From assembly GCF_030144855.1 (NCBI RefSeq), contig NW_026779730.1:1-64000 (forward strand): DNA of 64,000 bases, given 5' to 3'. A model generated the notes under the pieces. The model ran no database searches. It worked only from the letters and a program-made list of their open reading frames with translations, and was not told where the DNA came from. The position numbers and the translations under genes are program-made. This stretch comes from Hypanus sabinus (taxonomy: Eukaryota). Positions 36,344 through 48,999 of the stretch are shown here, one piece after another (the first letter of the stretch is position 1; each line of letters starts with the position of its first letter).

Positions 36344-37199
36344 TGTTACGAATGTGAAGCAACTCTGAGGGGCCGAAGGGTACAAAGTCACCCCCTCCTT
36401 TTTGAGAATCGCAAGATCGCTATTATTTCGGGTCTGGGACCCAGGAAGTGAGAGAGAGAGACACAGGGAATATACAAGGTTTGGAATGTGTCCTGGCCTC
36501 AGCGGAACGGAGCCACTGATAACGGCCATTGTCTCTTGGAGACGGAATTGTGTATTGAGTACTGTACTATTCATTGAAACCCCTCAGGGGACAACCAGAG
36601 TGGTCTGGTTGAGGAATTGCATCATCCCAACCTGATTGACATCTGAGACCCCGTGAGTAAGGATAAAAGAGGGTCTGGGGAACAACCCCTTTAGACGCAC
36701 CAGGAGAAATGCTGGAAATCCAGTGACAGCGTTTAATAGCGACAGCTGGTGGGGGCTCGTGTGTGTCCTCCCTTGCCAGGGTGGCGGGCTCATCATGGAA
36801 GAACGGTTTCGCTAAAGGAGAGGCCACAAGTGAAAGGCCACGACAACGAGACTCCTGACGGATCGAAATCATAAAAGGAAAGTCGGCAAGTTTTTCTCCA
36901 AATCTCTCTCTCTCTCCAACCATTGCAACACAACTGTCCCCAAAGGCTGCAGCCTGCACGAACTGATTTCCATCGGACAATACATTATCCCCTAGACAAC
37001 GATAGAGCTTATTTCTTATTGATTACTATTATACCCGCACTTTTAGATTTAGTATTGACGACGTATATTATCTGTATATTTGCATTGATATTATTTTTGT
37101 GTATTTTTACTAATAAATACTGTTAAAAATCGTATCATCAGACTTCAACGGACGTCTCCATCTTTGCTGGTAAGTGACCCAGTTACGGGGTTCGTAACA
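36344..37199 (+). mobile_element. Solo LTR (856 bp), Gypsy-type, nested in a SINE-like element
   Basis: TGTTACGAA..TTCGTAACA 9-bp inverted ends, TSD TCAC (36340-36343 / 37200-37203), TATA-like GATAAAA at ~36662, AATAAA at ~37112. Confidence 0.9.
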
Positions 37200-37484
37200 T
37201 CACAAATAGATAATGGTCACCAATGTCATATGACAAAGCATATAATGTACAGATGTGAAATTATCTGTACAGATAGTGTACGGTTTTCCACTCTGCCTCA
37301 GAATATGTGACGATAATGAACTAGGTTACCGGTTTAAGATACGGAAATATATCCTTAACTGAAATCCCGATAGACTGGGTGTATGGATTTGCCCTGAACT
37401 TCCAGTCGAGTGGGTGAAATGTGATGGCAGTGATAATTGCCCATGTTCAACCCCTGCCCTTCCAAGCGCATCAGGGTCACCTAC

Positions 37485-37665
37485 CTTTTCTCATAAATCT
37501 GGAGACGCTGGTGTCGAATAAGGCAGTGGAAACAGAGGAGTAGTTGCACATGGGGTTGTCCTTCATCGACTCGAAGGTGGTGTGCTGGACGATGGAGTCC
37601 AATGCAGAGTCAGGGATCTGCTTCTCCAGAAATCGTGCAATTTTCACAACCTCCCGCTTCAGATC
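37485..37665 (-). CDS. SULT1: SULT1 coding exon 6
   Basis: DLKREVVKIARFL..HTTFESMKDNPMCNY..FMRKG; 181 nt, as in mammalian SULT1 genes. Confidence 0.95.
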
Positions 37666-37849
37666 CTGACCCAGACAAACAGAGCCCAAGTTAGAGGGGA
37701 CCACTTCCCCGACAGCTTCCCTCGGAGTTCAGTGTTCATACCCTGACTAATGCCATACCAGCACCCTCACACCCTAAATGTGTGGCTGCAAAACACTGAT
37801 CAGTCTCTCTCTCTCCCTCTCCCTCTCCCTCTCCCTCCTCTCCCACTCT

Positions 37850-38405
37850 CTCAGATCTGTACACTGACTGGTCTCTCTCTCTGTTCATCTCTCTTGGGGG
37901 AGATCTGTACAATTACAGGTGTCTTTCTGTCCCGCTCTGTCAGTGGGAGATCTGTACACTGACTGGTGTCTCTCTGTCCCTCTCTCTCAGGGGGAGATCT
38001 GTACACTGACTGGTATCTCTCAATCCCTCTCTCTCAGTGGGAGATATGTACACTGACCGGTGTCTCTCTGTCCCTCTCTCTCGGGGAGATCTGTACACTG
38101 ACCGGTGTCTCTCTGTCCCTCTCTCTCGGGGAGATCTGTACACTGACCGGTGTCTCTCTGTCCCTCTCTCTCGGGGAGATCTGTACACTGACTGGTGTCT
38201 CTCAATCCCTCTCTCTCAGTGGGAGATCTGTACACTGACCGGTGTCTCTCTGTCCCTCTCAGGGGGAGATCTGTACACTGACCGGTGTCTCTCTGTCCCT
38301 CTCTCTCAGGGGGAGATCTGTACACTGACCGGTGTCTCTCTGTCCCTCTCTCTCAGGAGGAGATCTGTACACTGACCAGTGTCTCTCAGTCCCTTTTCCT
38401 CTCAG
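37850..38405 (+). repeat. ~45-bp minisatellite, ~12 units
   Basis: GGGAGATCTGTACACTGACCGGTGTCTCTCTGTCCCTCTCTCTC units in a SULT intron. Confidence 0.95.
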
Positions 38406-38583
38406 TGGGGTCAAACAGGCCTTTAAGCCCTACTGGCCCCTGCTGACACTGATGCCTACGCAGTTTATTCTGTATTCTCTCTTGTTTCGTACTTTCTGCG
38501 TGGATTTATCTGTAGAACAATGTAGAAATAAATGTTTGCACTGTATCTCATTACATGTGACCACAATGAACCCACATTCTTTA

Positions 38584-38769
<186 letters not shown>

Positions 38770-39060
38770 TCAGTGAAGTGTATACAAACCATGCATACCT
38801 GACCTGCGCTTGGTGTACACAGAAACACAGGACTGGAGTGCGCCTCTGGAGCTTGTATGTATGTGCAAGCAAGCTCCCCTGTTCATGGGGGAGGAAGGAA
38901 TGGGTGTTAAATGCTGACAGGTTTAACATCGCAGAGGGTAAATGGCGATAAGATGGCTGGCAAAATCCAAAGTGAACCCAGAGATCAGAAGCCGAGGGAG
39001 ATGGACGGGGTGACAGTCACCAGTTTGATGAGTCTGGCCACCGGTTGTGTGCGTCCTTAC

Positions 39061-39187
39061 CGTTGCCTTCTAGGAAACGTTGGAAATATTCCTGCCAGGT
39101 GCCAGGGTCTGGCTGCAGTTGATTCATCAGGTCAAAGTGAAAGAAGGAGACCATCAGATCCTTGGCATTCCGAGCGCAGTAGATCAT
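39061..39187 (-). CDS. SULT1: SULT1 coding exon 4 (3'-phosphate binding)
   Basis: IYCARNAKDLMVSFFHF..PDPGTWQEYFQRFLEG; 127 nt. Confidence 0.96.
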
Positions 39188-39522
39188 CTGCCAGGGTAGA
39201 GCAGGAAGGGTGAAGAGGAGGGAGGGGTTCACGGAGCTGGGGAGAGAGGGGGCCACGGGGCAGGAGGAGGGTCATGGGGAGGGGTGCAAGGTAGAGAGGG
39301 GGACATGGGGGGGTGCAGGGAAGGGAGGGGGCCACAGGTAGTGGGGTTGCAGGGTAGAGAGGGAGGGGGCCACGGGGAGGGTGAGGGTCACAGGGAGGAG
39401 TGCGGGGGAGGGGTTGGGTCACAAGTAGGAGTCACGGGGAGGGGTTGGCTCACAGGGTGGGTCACGGGTAGGGGTGCAGGGGAGGGAGGGAGTGAGTCCT
39501 CAGGGACGGGGAGGGTATTTAC

Positions 39523-39620
39523 CTTACAGCCTTGTTCGAGGAAGCTTTTGGGCAGCAGCTGAAAGGGGAGGTGGGTCTTGATCACTCTCGGAGGTGGAGT
39601 TTTGAGAAGCTGCTGCAAGG
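39523..39620 (-). CDS. SULT1: SULT1 coding exon 3 (catalytic His)
   Basis: PRVIKTHLPFQLLPKSF; 98 nt. Confidence 0.96.
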
Positions 39621-39704
39621 CTGGGGAGCACAAAAAGATCCCGAAGGACTGGTCAAGAGAAAATCGCCTACCCAAGGTCTCAACAAACCCATCTCAATCA
39701 CCCT

Positions 39705-40326
<622 letters not shown>

Positions 40327-40568
40327 CTACCCCCTATATCCTGCCTTCCCCTCCCCACCCCAGCTCTCTCCCCCTCCCCCTCTCCTCTCTTCTCCCATGC
40401 TACACCCCCCACCCCACCCTCCTTTCTAACCATTCCCTCTCTCCCCAATTGCCCCTCCCATTGTCTGTCTCCTCTTTCCTTCCAATCCCCACTTCTCTCC
40501 CGGTCCCGTCACTCACTCCATTATCCATCATCTCCTCCTCCCTTCCTCCCTCCCTCTCTCCCTCACAC

Positions 40569-40755
40569 CTGCTTTGGGGTAGGTGGCAATGATGATGTCG
40601 TTGGGATGAGCTTGGAAATTTTCCACCTCTTCCCAGCCCTCCACAAAAATGTCAGGCATGGAAACCCCCTGGAATAGAACCAGTCGGGGACGGGGCACCT
40701 TAGAAGGTGCCTTGCCCTCTCCTGAGCCTTCCTCTGACTTCTGGGTACTGGCCAT
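40569..40755 (-). CDS. SULT1: SULT1 coding exon 1 (start, 5'-PSB loop)
   Basis: MASTQK..VENFQAHPNDIIIATYPKA|GTTW; acceptor at 40796; total CDS 930 nt. Confidence 0.93.
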
Positions 40756-40879
40756 TGGGCCCTGGGCTCCTGTGGGACTGCACTTTGCCTCCTCCCTGTC
40801 AGAAAACAAGTTTGAAATACACAACGTCAGTCTGATTGAGGGTAGAAGGGCAGAGTACAGAGTTCAGCATAGGAAAACC

Positions 40880-41230
40880 CAGTGACACAGATAAACACAC
40901 AAACAACAGATATACATAGAGTACACTCAATCCGAATAATACACAGTTACAGAAACACACTCAACAGTCTCTCACACACACATACAATCAGCAACACACA
41001 CACTAACAGAGACACATACAATCAGTAACATGCAAACACGCAGTAACACGCATACAATCAGTAACATGCACACACTAACACACAGACATACAATCAGCAA
41101 CACACACACACTGTAACAGACACACTGAACAACACAAACACACACACTAATACACAGACACATACAATCAGTAACACACATACATACACAACACCCAGGC
41201 ACACAGTTCCCCACTCACACACACATACAC
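40880..41230. repeat. CA-rich degenerate simple repeat
   Basis: Repeated CACATACAATCAG(C/T)AACAC units. Confidence 0.8.
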
Positions 41231-42039
41231 GTAGAGAAATGTAGCTCTGGTCCGATGAAAAATCGCTGGAGAGACACTGATACTTTTGGAAACCTATGTG
41301 TTTTATTCAAGGAAATGTGATACTTGGAGGAAAAGGCCTCCTGATATAATATTTCATGCCATGTTTACATGCTAAAGGTCAAACATAATGGCAGGACAAG
41401 TCTATAGTTAGAATGTATCTGCAACACCTACTTTAAATACATGTAACTTTCACACATCAAATTCTTCGCACCCGCATGTTAATCATGTTAAGTGAATGTT
41501 AATCAGCATCGGCTGGTTTGCCATCAACTCCAGGAAAACTATTGTTCAGAGCTGCACTTTAAATTCAATCTACATTACATGTTCATGTCTGAGAATTGGT
41601 TGCTGGTGAAGTAAGAATTTGCAATACACCTGAACACCAGAATACGCCCTAACATAATATTTGGTTTGAGATTATAAATAAATTGGAGAAAAAACAATTT
41701 TGTTGGTATCAGCATAGATTTGTTAGATAAGAACAGGGATGGGCTGTCTTCTGGCAAAATGTTGCTTGGTAAGTGGGAAGGCTTCAAAAGTGAAAATTGA
41801 GAGTATGGAGTCTATTAGTTCCTGTTTGATTAAAAAGCAAGTTTAGGTTCAAGTTTCGATAACCTTGGTTATCAAGGGATATGAAGCCCTGGTAGGAGAA
41901 TAGAGGCACACATCAGGTATAAGCAGTTAGGATCAGATCAGGTGCTGGAGGACTAAATATGTCAGAAACAATTATCAGAGAGTTGTCGCTGTGCCTCGGA
42001 CAGGTAGAGGTCAGTACGCCAAAATTTAGACATATTTAG

Positions 42040-42360
42040 TTGTTTGCCTGTTCTCCAACTCCCTCTGGTTCTCCCCCCCCCCACCTTTCTTTCCCCTGAG
42101 GCCTCCCGTCCCATGATCCTTTCCCTTCTCCAGCTCTGTATCAGTTTCCCCAATCACCTTTCCAGCTCTTAGCTTCATCCCACCCCCTCTGGTCTTCTAT
42201 CTTTTCGCATTTCTCCCTCCCCCCACTACTTTCAAATCTCTTACTGTCTTTCCTTTCGGTTAGTCCTGACGAAGGGTCTCGGCCCGAAACATCGACAGTG
42301 CTTCTCCCTATAGATGCTGCCTGGCCTGCTGTGTTCCACCAGCATTTTGTGTTTGTTGTT
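42040..42360 (+). mobile_element. Penelope-like terminal repeat with minimal hammerhead motif (42262-42297), within degenerate CR1
   Basis: AGTC-CTGACGA-AGGGTCTCGGCCC-GAAAC-ATC-GACA followed by the GATGCTGCCTGGCCTGCTG tail. Confidence 0.65.
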
Positions 42361-43687
42361 GCCTGATAGTTAACGTGGTTTTGTGTCTAGGTCAAGCTAG
42401 GTCAGTCAGTTTAGTTTAACCAATCTTACAGAGTTTTTTTTGAGAAGGTCAATGAAGGGAAGGTGGCAGACATTGTCTACGTGGCCTTTTGACAAAGTCT
42501 TGCCTAAGAGACTAGTCCTGGAGATTCATTTGCTTGGCATTCAGGATGAGGTAGTAAATTGGATTGGCAGGAGAAGCTAGACAGCTGTAGTAGGTGGTTA
42601 CCTCTCTGACTGGAGGCAGGTGAATAGTGGAGTGCCTTAGGGATTGGTGCTGGGTCCATTATTGTTTGTCATCTATATCAACAATCTGGATGATGATGTG
42701 GTTTACTAGATCAGAAAATTGGAAGGTTGGGGGTGTAGTGGACAGCGAGGAAGACTATCAAAACTTGTAGCAGGATCTGGACCAGCTGTTAAAATGGGCT
42801 GAAATATGGCAGATGGAATTTAGTGCAGACAAATGTGAGGTGTTGCACTTTGGGAGGGCAAACCAGGGTAGGGCTTGCATGGTGAGTGGTAGAGCAGAGG
42901 GATCTGGGAATAGAAATCCATAATTCATTGAAAGTGGCATCTTGGGGAGCTTTTGGCTCATTGACCTTCATAGATCAAAGTACTGAGTACTGGAGATAGG
43001 ATGTTATATTGAACATGAGAAAATCTGCAGATTTGAAAGTAGTGGGGGGAGGGGGATATGCGAAATGTTATATTGAAGTTGTGTAAGAGGTTGATGAGGA
43101 CAAATTTGGAGTATTGTGTGCAGCTCTAGTCAGCTACCAACAAGAAAGATAAAAGTAAGATTGAAAGTAGACAAAAACATTGACACTGATGCTGCTGGGA
43201 CGTGAGTTACAGGGAAAGGTTGAATAGGTTAGGAATTCAGTCCCTGTACTGGAGAATGAGAGGTGAATGCACAGAGGCTTCTCCCTCAGGATAGAGGAGA
43301 CGAGAACCAGAAGTTGAGCAGGAAAGCTGAAATATTTGTGGGGAGCTTTTTCATTCACTGATGCAAGCTGCCAGTGGAAGTGGTAGACGCTGATTTATTT
43401 GAAACATGAGAGAAATTTGGATATGTGCTATGAAGGGCTATAGTCTGAGTCTAGGTAGATGGGACGAGGCAAACCAGGTTGGCAGAGACTGGATGAAGTG
43501 AAAGCCTGTTTTTGAGTTGTAGGGTGCAAACTCTACCGTGACACAGGTAGACACTTAATCTCTGAATCACTAACACAACTTTTGCTCACTTACATAGACA
43601 CACAAACACATGTATACACTGTCCTCTCTCTCTCTCTCTCTCACACACACAGTCTCTCCTCCTCACATGAATACACACAGTACATAC

Positions 43688-43780
43688 CGTGACATTCCTG
43701 TACGCCGAGCTGCAAATCTCTGCTGTTACTTGGAAACAAATACTAGTCACACCACTTCCCATATTTATTGTCCCGCCCAT
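43688..43780 (-). promoter_or_regulatory. Putative SULT promoter and non-coding exon 1
   Basis: Minus strand: GGCGGG + CAATAAATA (TATA-like, ~43763-43771), then ACG|GTATGT donor at 43688 (alternative GTAAGT donor at 43594); the SULT ATG exon has an acceptor. Confidence 0.45.
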
Positions 43781-44294
43781 AGCGTCACTCCAGCCAAACC
43801 TTTAACTCCAGCATTAAGCCAGGACACAGGCTCATCCGCTCCTCCTCACACCCCAGGCTCCATCCTCGGCACAGGGCCAACTAACACCTCACTTCAAACT
43901 GCCAACTCTGCACGCCCTTCAGGATGGGAGAGGGAAGCACAGCCTGCAGGGTTATGGAGAGAACATGCAAACTCCACACGGAGAGTGCTATTGGGGAATG
44001 GACTGAGAGACGGTGCTGCCTGCCCACAGCCAGTGCACACCCTCCCCATTGACAACATGGACCCCACTTGCTCAAACTTCATTTCAGACAGTGAAGGTAG
44101 TCCTGCCTTCACCACCAGGAAGACCGTCTCCTCCGCTACTCTCTCTGATCGGTTGCCGAGTCACGCAGCATAGAAAAAGGCCTGTTAGCCCAACTGGTCC
44201 GAGCTGGTCCAAATCCCCATAACAGCTAGTCCCATATGGCTGCATTTTGGCTGATATCCCTCCAAACCTACCCTATCTATTTCCACCATGGAGC

Positions 44295-44916
44295 TAAGCA
44301 AAGAGGAGCAAAGAGGCTCAATGTCTCCAAGCTGAAGAGCAGCGTAGTTGCAGAAGAATTTCGTGAAGACCTAGATAGCAGGCTGCTTGACCCACCCCAG
44401 GATGACCAGTCCAGCACTGAAGAGCAGTGGACGGCTTTCAGAGATGAGGACTACTCTACCGCTCTCAAACACCTCGGGCCAGCAATCCATAGACATCAAG
44501 ACTGGTTCGATGAGAACGACGAGGAGATACAGGCACTGTCGTCAGAGAAACACCAACTGTTCAGAGCGCACCAGAACGATCCCACATCACAAGCAAAGAT
44601 AGATGCCTTCGACAGTGCAAGACGGAAAGTGCAGAAGAAACTCCGTGAGATGCAGGATGTCTGGTTCAGCAATAAGGCCGATGAGATCCAGGGCTACGCA
44701 GACAGTCACGACACCAAGCGTTTCTAAGGCGCTTTGAAGGCTATGTATGAACCTCAGTCCTCTGGCTCCTCCCCCCTCCTCAGTGCAGATGGGACTTGGC
44801 TGAGCTTACAGGGCCCGGATTGGCCTCACCAGTCACCTCCGGACCCACAGTCACAAACCCTCCACCTGACAGAAGTCGTGGTCGTCTTCAACTCCGAAGG
44901 ACGAACAACAACAACA
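44295..44916 (+). mobile_element. Internally deleted RTE-clade LINE
   Basis: KRLNVSKL..HQDWFDENDEEI..KADEIQGYAD..PLLSADG joined directly to the C-terminal RARIGLTSHLRTH and an (ACA)n tail; the RT domain is missing. Confidence 0.8.
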
Positions 44917-44931
44917 TATTGGGCATATTTA

Positions 44932-45548
44932 TGTAACACTTACCCAACAGGCTGGTATAGGGGAAAAGGAGATCCAGCCACACACCAATCCCACCTCCCG
45001 TGCACGCAGGTGCTGTGAGAATCGAGTTTATGCCTCGCGCCCGCCCACAGTATCAAACCCACAACAAATACCGTTATGAAATACACTTTAAAGAGTTTAC
45101 TAAAATTAAAGGAGAATTAGGCAATACAATATATATGCAAGGGAAAAAAAACAAAAAGGCGTCAACTTATCAAAGTTCAGTCTGTTTAGTGCACTCGTTG
45201 GAGCTCAAACATTGAACCATTTGACCCCTCGTCGCTTGCCTCCGACCTCCACGTCTTCGCACCTAGGACCACGCCCGGTGGTCTTCCGAGCAGTGCAGTG
45301 CACATCCACCTTCCTCGACGTCTTCCTCCCGCTCTCCACCAAAAGCCCAAGAAAAACCCCTCCCCCAAGTTCCCAGCCTCACAAGACAAAATAACATTCC
45401 CCATTGGTTAACAAATGAATACAATTACCATATCAACAAGTATAAAGCAAAACAACTGCGAAAGAAACACTTATCACACAAAGAAGCATTCCTACTCTTA
45501 ACAAACCAAAAAAACCCATTTTGAGTAACATACACAGAACATTGTACA
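44932..45548. mobile_element. Solo LTR (617 bp)
   Basis: TGTA..TACA ends; TSD TTTA at 44928-44931 / 45549-45552; splits a CR1 tail. Confidence 0.8.
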
Positions 45549-45599
45549 TTTACAGATGAGGCTGATAGGTTCTTGATTAATAAGGGTATCAAAGGTTAT

Positions 45600-48500
45600 T
45601 TTGACATTTTGGAGCGGGAGGGAGAGCAGCCCGATGTCTTGATACATATTGGTACCTATGACATAGGAAGGAAATGCAGAGACCCTGAACAGAGAATTTG
45701 GAGAACTAGGTGGAAAGCTGAGAATCAGGATGTTCCGGGTTGCTGCCTGTTAGGGTAGAACAGGATGACTTGGGAAGTTAATGTGTGGCTGGAAAGCTGG
45801 TGCAGGGGGCAGGGCTTCAGGTTCTTGAATCATTGGGATCTCTTCTGGAGGAGGTATGACCTGTTCAAAAGTGAAGGGGAACCAATATTCATGTGGTTTG
45901 TTAGAGCTGTTGGGAAGGGTTTAAACTAATTTGGCAGGGTGCTGAGAACTGGAGTGAAGGGACTCAAGATAGGACGGATGATAAAAAAAACAAAGATAAT
46001 GTGGAAGGGCAGGCAGGTGAAATGAAATAATTGCAGCCAGCAGGGTGAGCATCAGTGCACTAGGGATGCAGAGTCAAAAAAGGGCAGCAAATACAGCACT
46101 CAGTGATATGCACAGAAATACGGTGGATGATCTTGTTGTGCTTTTACAGTTGTCAGGTATGATGTTGTGGCCATCACTGAATCATGGCTGAAGGATGGTT
46201 GTAGTTGGGAGCTGATTGCCCAAGATTACACGTTTTATCAGAGGCATGGGAAGGTCGGCAGAGGGTGTGGTACGGCTCTGCTGATAAAGAATGGTATCAA
46301 ATCAGTAGAAAGATGTGACATAAGATCAAAAGATGTTGAATCCTTGTGAGTTCAGTTAAGAAATTGCAAGGGTAAAAGGACCCTGATGGCAGTTATATAC
46401 AGGCCACCCAACAGTGGCTGGGATGTGGACCACAGGTTACAATGGGAAATAGAATAGGTGAGTCAAAAGAGCAAGTCGTGGGAGATTTCAACATGCAGGT
46501 TGATTGGGAAATCAGGTTGGAAATGGATCTCAAGAGAGTTTATTGAATGCCTCCAAGCTGGGGAGGCATACTAGGGATCAGGTATACTGGACTGAGTGTT
46601 ATGTAATGAACCAGAGGTGATTAGGGAGCTTAGGGTAAGAAAAAACCTTAGGAGTCAATGATCACAATATGATTGAGTTTAACATGAAATTTGATAGGGA
46701 GAAAGTAAAGTCTAATGTAGCAGTATCTCAGTGAAGTAAAGGAAGTTACAGTGTTATGAGAGAGGATTTGGTTTGGCTAAAGCAAATTGAAAGGAGATGC
46801 TGGCAGGGATGACAGCAGAGAAGCAATGGCCTGAGTTTCTGGGGAAAATGAGGAAGGTGTAGGATAATATTCCAAAAACAAAGAAACATTGAGATAGCAA
46901 AATAGTACAATCATGGCTGACAAGGAAAGTCAAAGCTAATGTAAAATCAAAAGAGAGGGCATATAACAAAGAAAAAATAGTGGAAAGATAGAGAATTGGG
47001 AAGCTCTTAACACCCTACAGAGAGCAAGTAAAGGAATCATTAGAAGGGGAAAGATGAAATATGAAAGCAAGCTATCAAACAATATCAAAGTGGACAATAA
47101 AAGCTATTTCAAGTATATTAACATTAAAAGAGAGATGAGAGTAGATATTGGACCACTAGAAAATTAGGCCTGAGAAATAATAATGGGAGACAAGGAGATG
47201 GCAAATGAACTGAATGAGTATTTTGCATCACGACACGATGTGCCAGATGTTGAAGGGTGCGAGGGAAGAGAAGTGAATGCAGTTACCATTACAAGGGAGA
47301 AGCTGAAAGACCTGAGGATACTTAAGTCACCCAGGCCACACTCTACTGTTCTGAAAGAAGTAGTGGTAGAGATTATGGAGGCATTAGTAATGATTTTCCA
47401 AGACTCCTTACACTCTGGCATGGTGCCAGAGGACCAGAAAATTGCAAATGTCATGTTACTCTTTAAGAAAGGAGGAAGACAGCCAGAAAGGAAATTATAG
47501 ACCAGTTTGTCTGACCTCAGTGGTTGGGAAGATGTTGGAATCAATTGTTATGGAATACTTGGTGATACAAGCTAAAATAGGACAAAGTCAGCATAGTTTC
47601 CTCTAGGGAAAATCTTGCCTGATGAAACTGCAGGAATTCTTTGAGGAGATTAGAAGTAGGATAGATAAAGGGGATGCAATGGCTGGTTGTATAGCTGGAA
47701 TTTCAGAAGGCCTTTGATCAGATGCCTCATTATGCTGCTTATTAAGTTATGAGCCCATGGAATTACAGGAAGGTTACTGGCAGTTGGAGCATTGGGATTG
47801 GTAAGTGGCAATGAGTGGGAATAAAAGGAGTGTTTTCTGGTTGGCTGCCAGTGACTAGCGATGTTACTCACTGATGTTATATCACTGATTTATATGATGG
47901 AATAGATAGCGTTATTGCCAAGTTTGCAGCTGATTTGAAGATTGGTGAAGGAACAGGTAGTGTTGAGGAAATGGGTAGGCTGCAGAAGGACTTTGACAGA
48001 TTAGAAGAATGGACAAGAGCAGCAAATTAAATGCAAAGTTGGAAAATGCATGGCCATGCATCTTTGATAGAAGAAATAAATATAAGACTATTTTCTAAAT
48101 GGAGAGGAAGTCCAAAAGTCTGAGATGCAAAGGGACTTGAGAGTCCTTGTACAGAACACCCTGTAGGTTAACTTGCATGTAGTGTCAGTGGTCTGGAAGG
48201 CAAATGCAATGCTATTATTCATTTCAAGAGGTATAGAGTACAAGAGCAGGGATGTGATGCTGAGGTTTTATAAGGCATTGGTGAGATCTCACCTTGAGTA
48301 TTGTGAACAATTTTGGGCTCCTCATCTAAGAAAAGATGTGTTGGCACTGGAGATGTTTCAGACAAGGGTCACAAGGATGATTCTGGGAATAAAAGAGTTA
48401 TCATACAAGGAACATTTGATAGCTCTGGGTCTGTACTCGCTGGAATTTAGAAGGATGGGGGGATCATTGAAACCTTTCAGATGTTGAAAGGCCTAGAGAG

Positions 48501-48730
48501 AGCAGATGTGCAAAAAGGATGTTTCCCGTGGTGGAGGGAGTCTAGGACTAGCGGGCACAGCCTCAGGATAAGAGTGTCCAAAGATGCAGAAAAATTTCTT
48601 TAACCAGAGGTTGGTGAATTTGTGGAATTCATTACCAAAGGCAGTTGTGGTGGACAGCATGTTGGGTCTACTTAAGGCAGAGTTTGATAAGTTATTGATT
48701 GGGCAGGGCATCAAGTTATGGTGAGAAGGT
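45600..48730 (+). mobile_element. Degenerate near-full-length CR1 LINE
   Basis: ORF1 SGNH-like PDVLIHIGTYDIG, endonuclease AITESWL, RT remnants, HLEYCEQFWAP; many stops and frameshifts. Confidence 0.85.
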
Positions 48731-48999
48731 GGAGCTGGGGAAGGAAAAAAGGATCAACCATGTTAGTGGAGCACACTCAAATGGCAGATGGCCTAATTCT
48801 GCTCCTCTGTTTTATGGAGAAAAGTGAGGAGAATGTGTTTGAGGGGGAAAATAAATCAGCCATGATGGAATGTTGCCAGACCAAATAGGCTAATTTTGCT
48901 GCTCTGTCTTATGGCGTTTAGATCACATCTCGATTTTAAGACTATTTCTATCTTCTCCATTCTGCGTGTAGACCACCCGCTCAATCTCAGCCCCAAGCA

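Noticed and set aside
37940-38375. Repetitive ORFs (YRSPRERGTERH.., EICTLTGVSLSL..)
   Set aside because: They are translations of the 45-bp minisatellite.
41239-41579. Possible solo LTR (TGTA..TACA)
   Set aside because: No matching TSD was found, so it cannot be supported.
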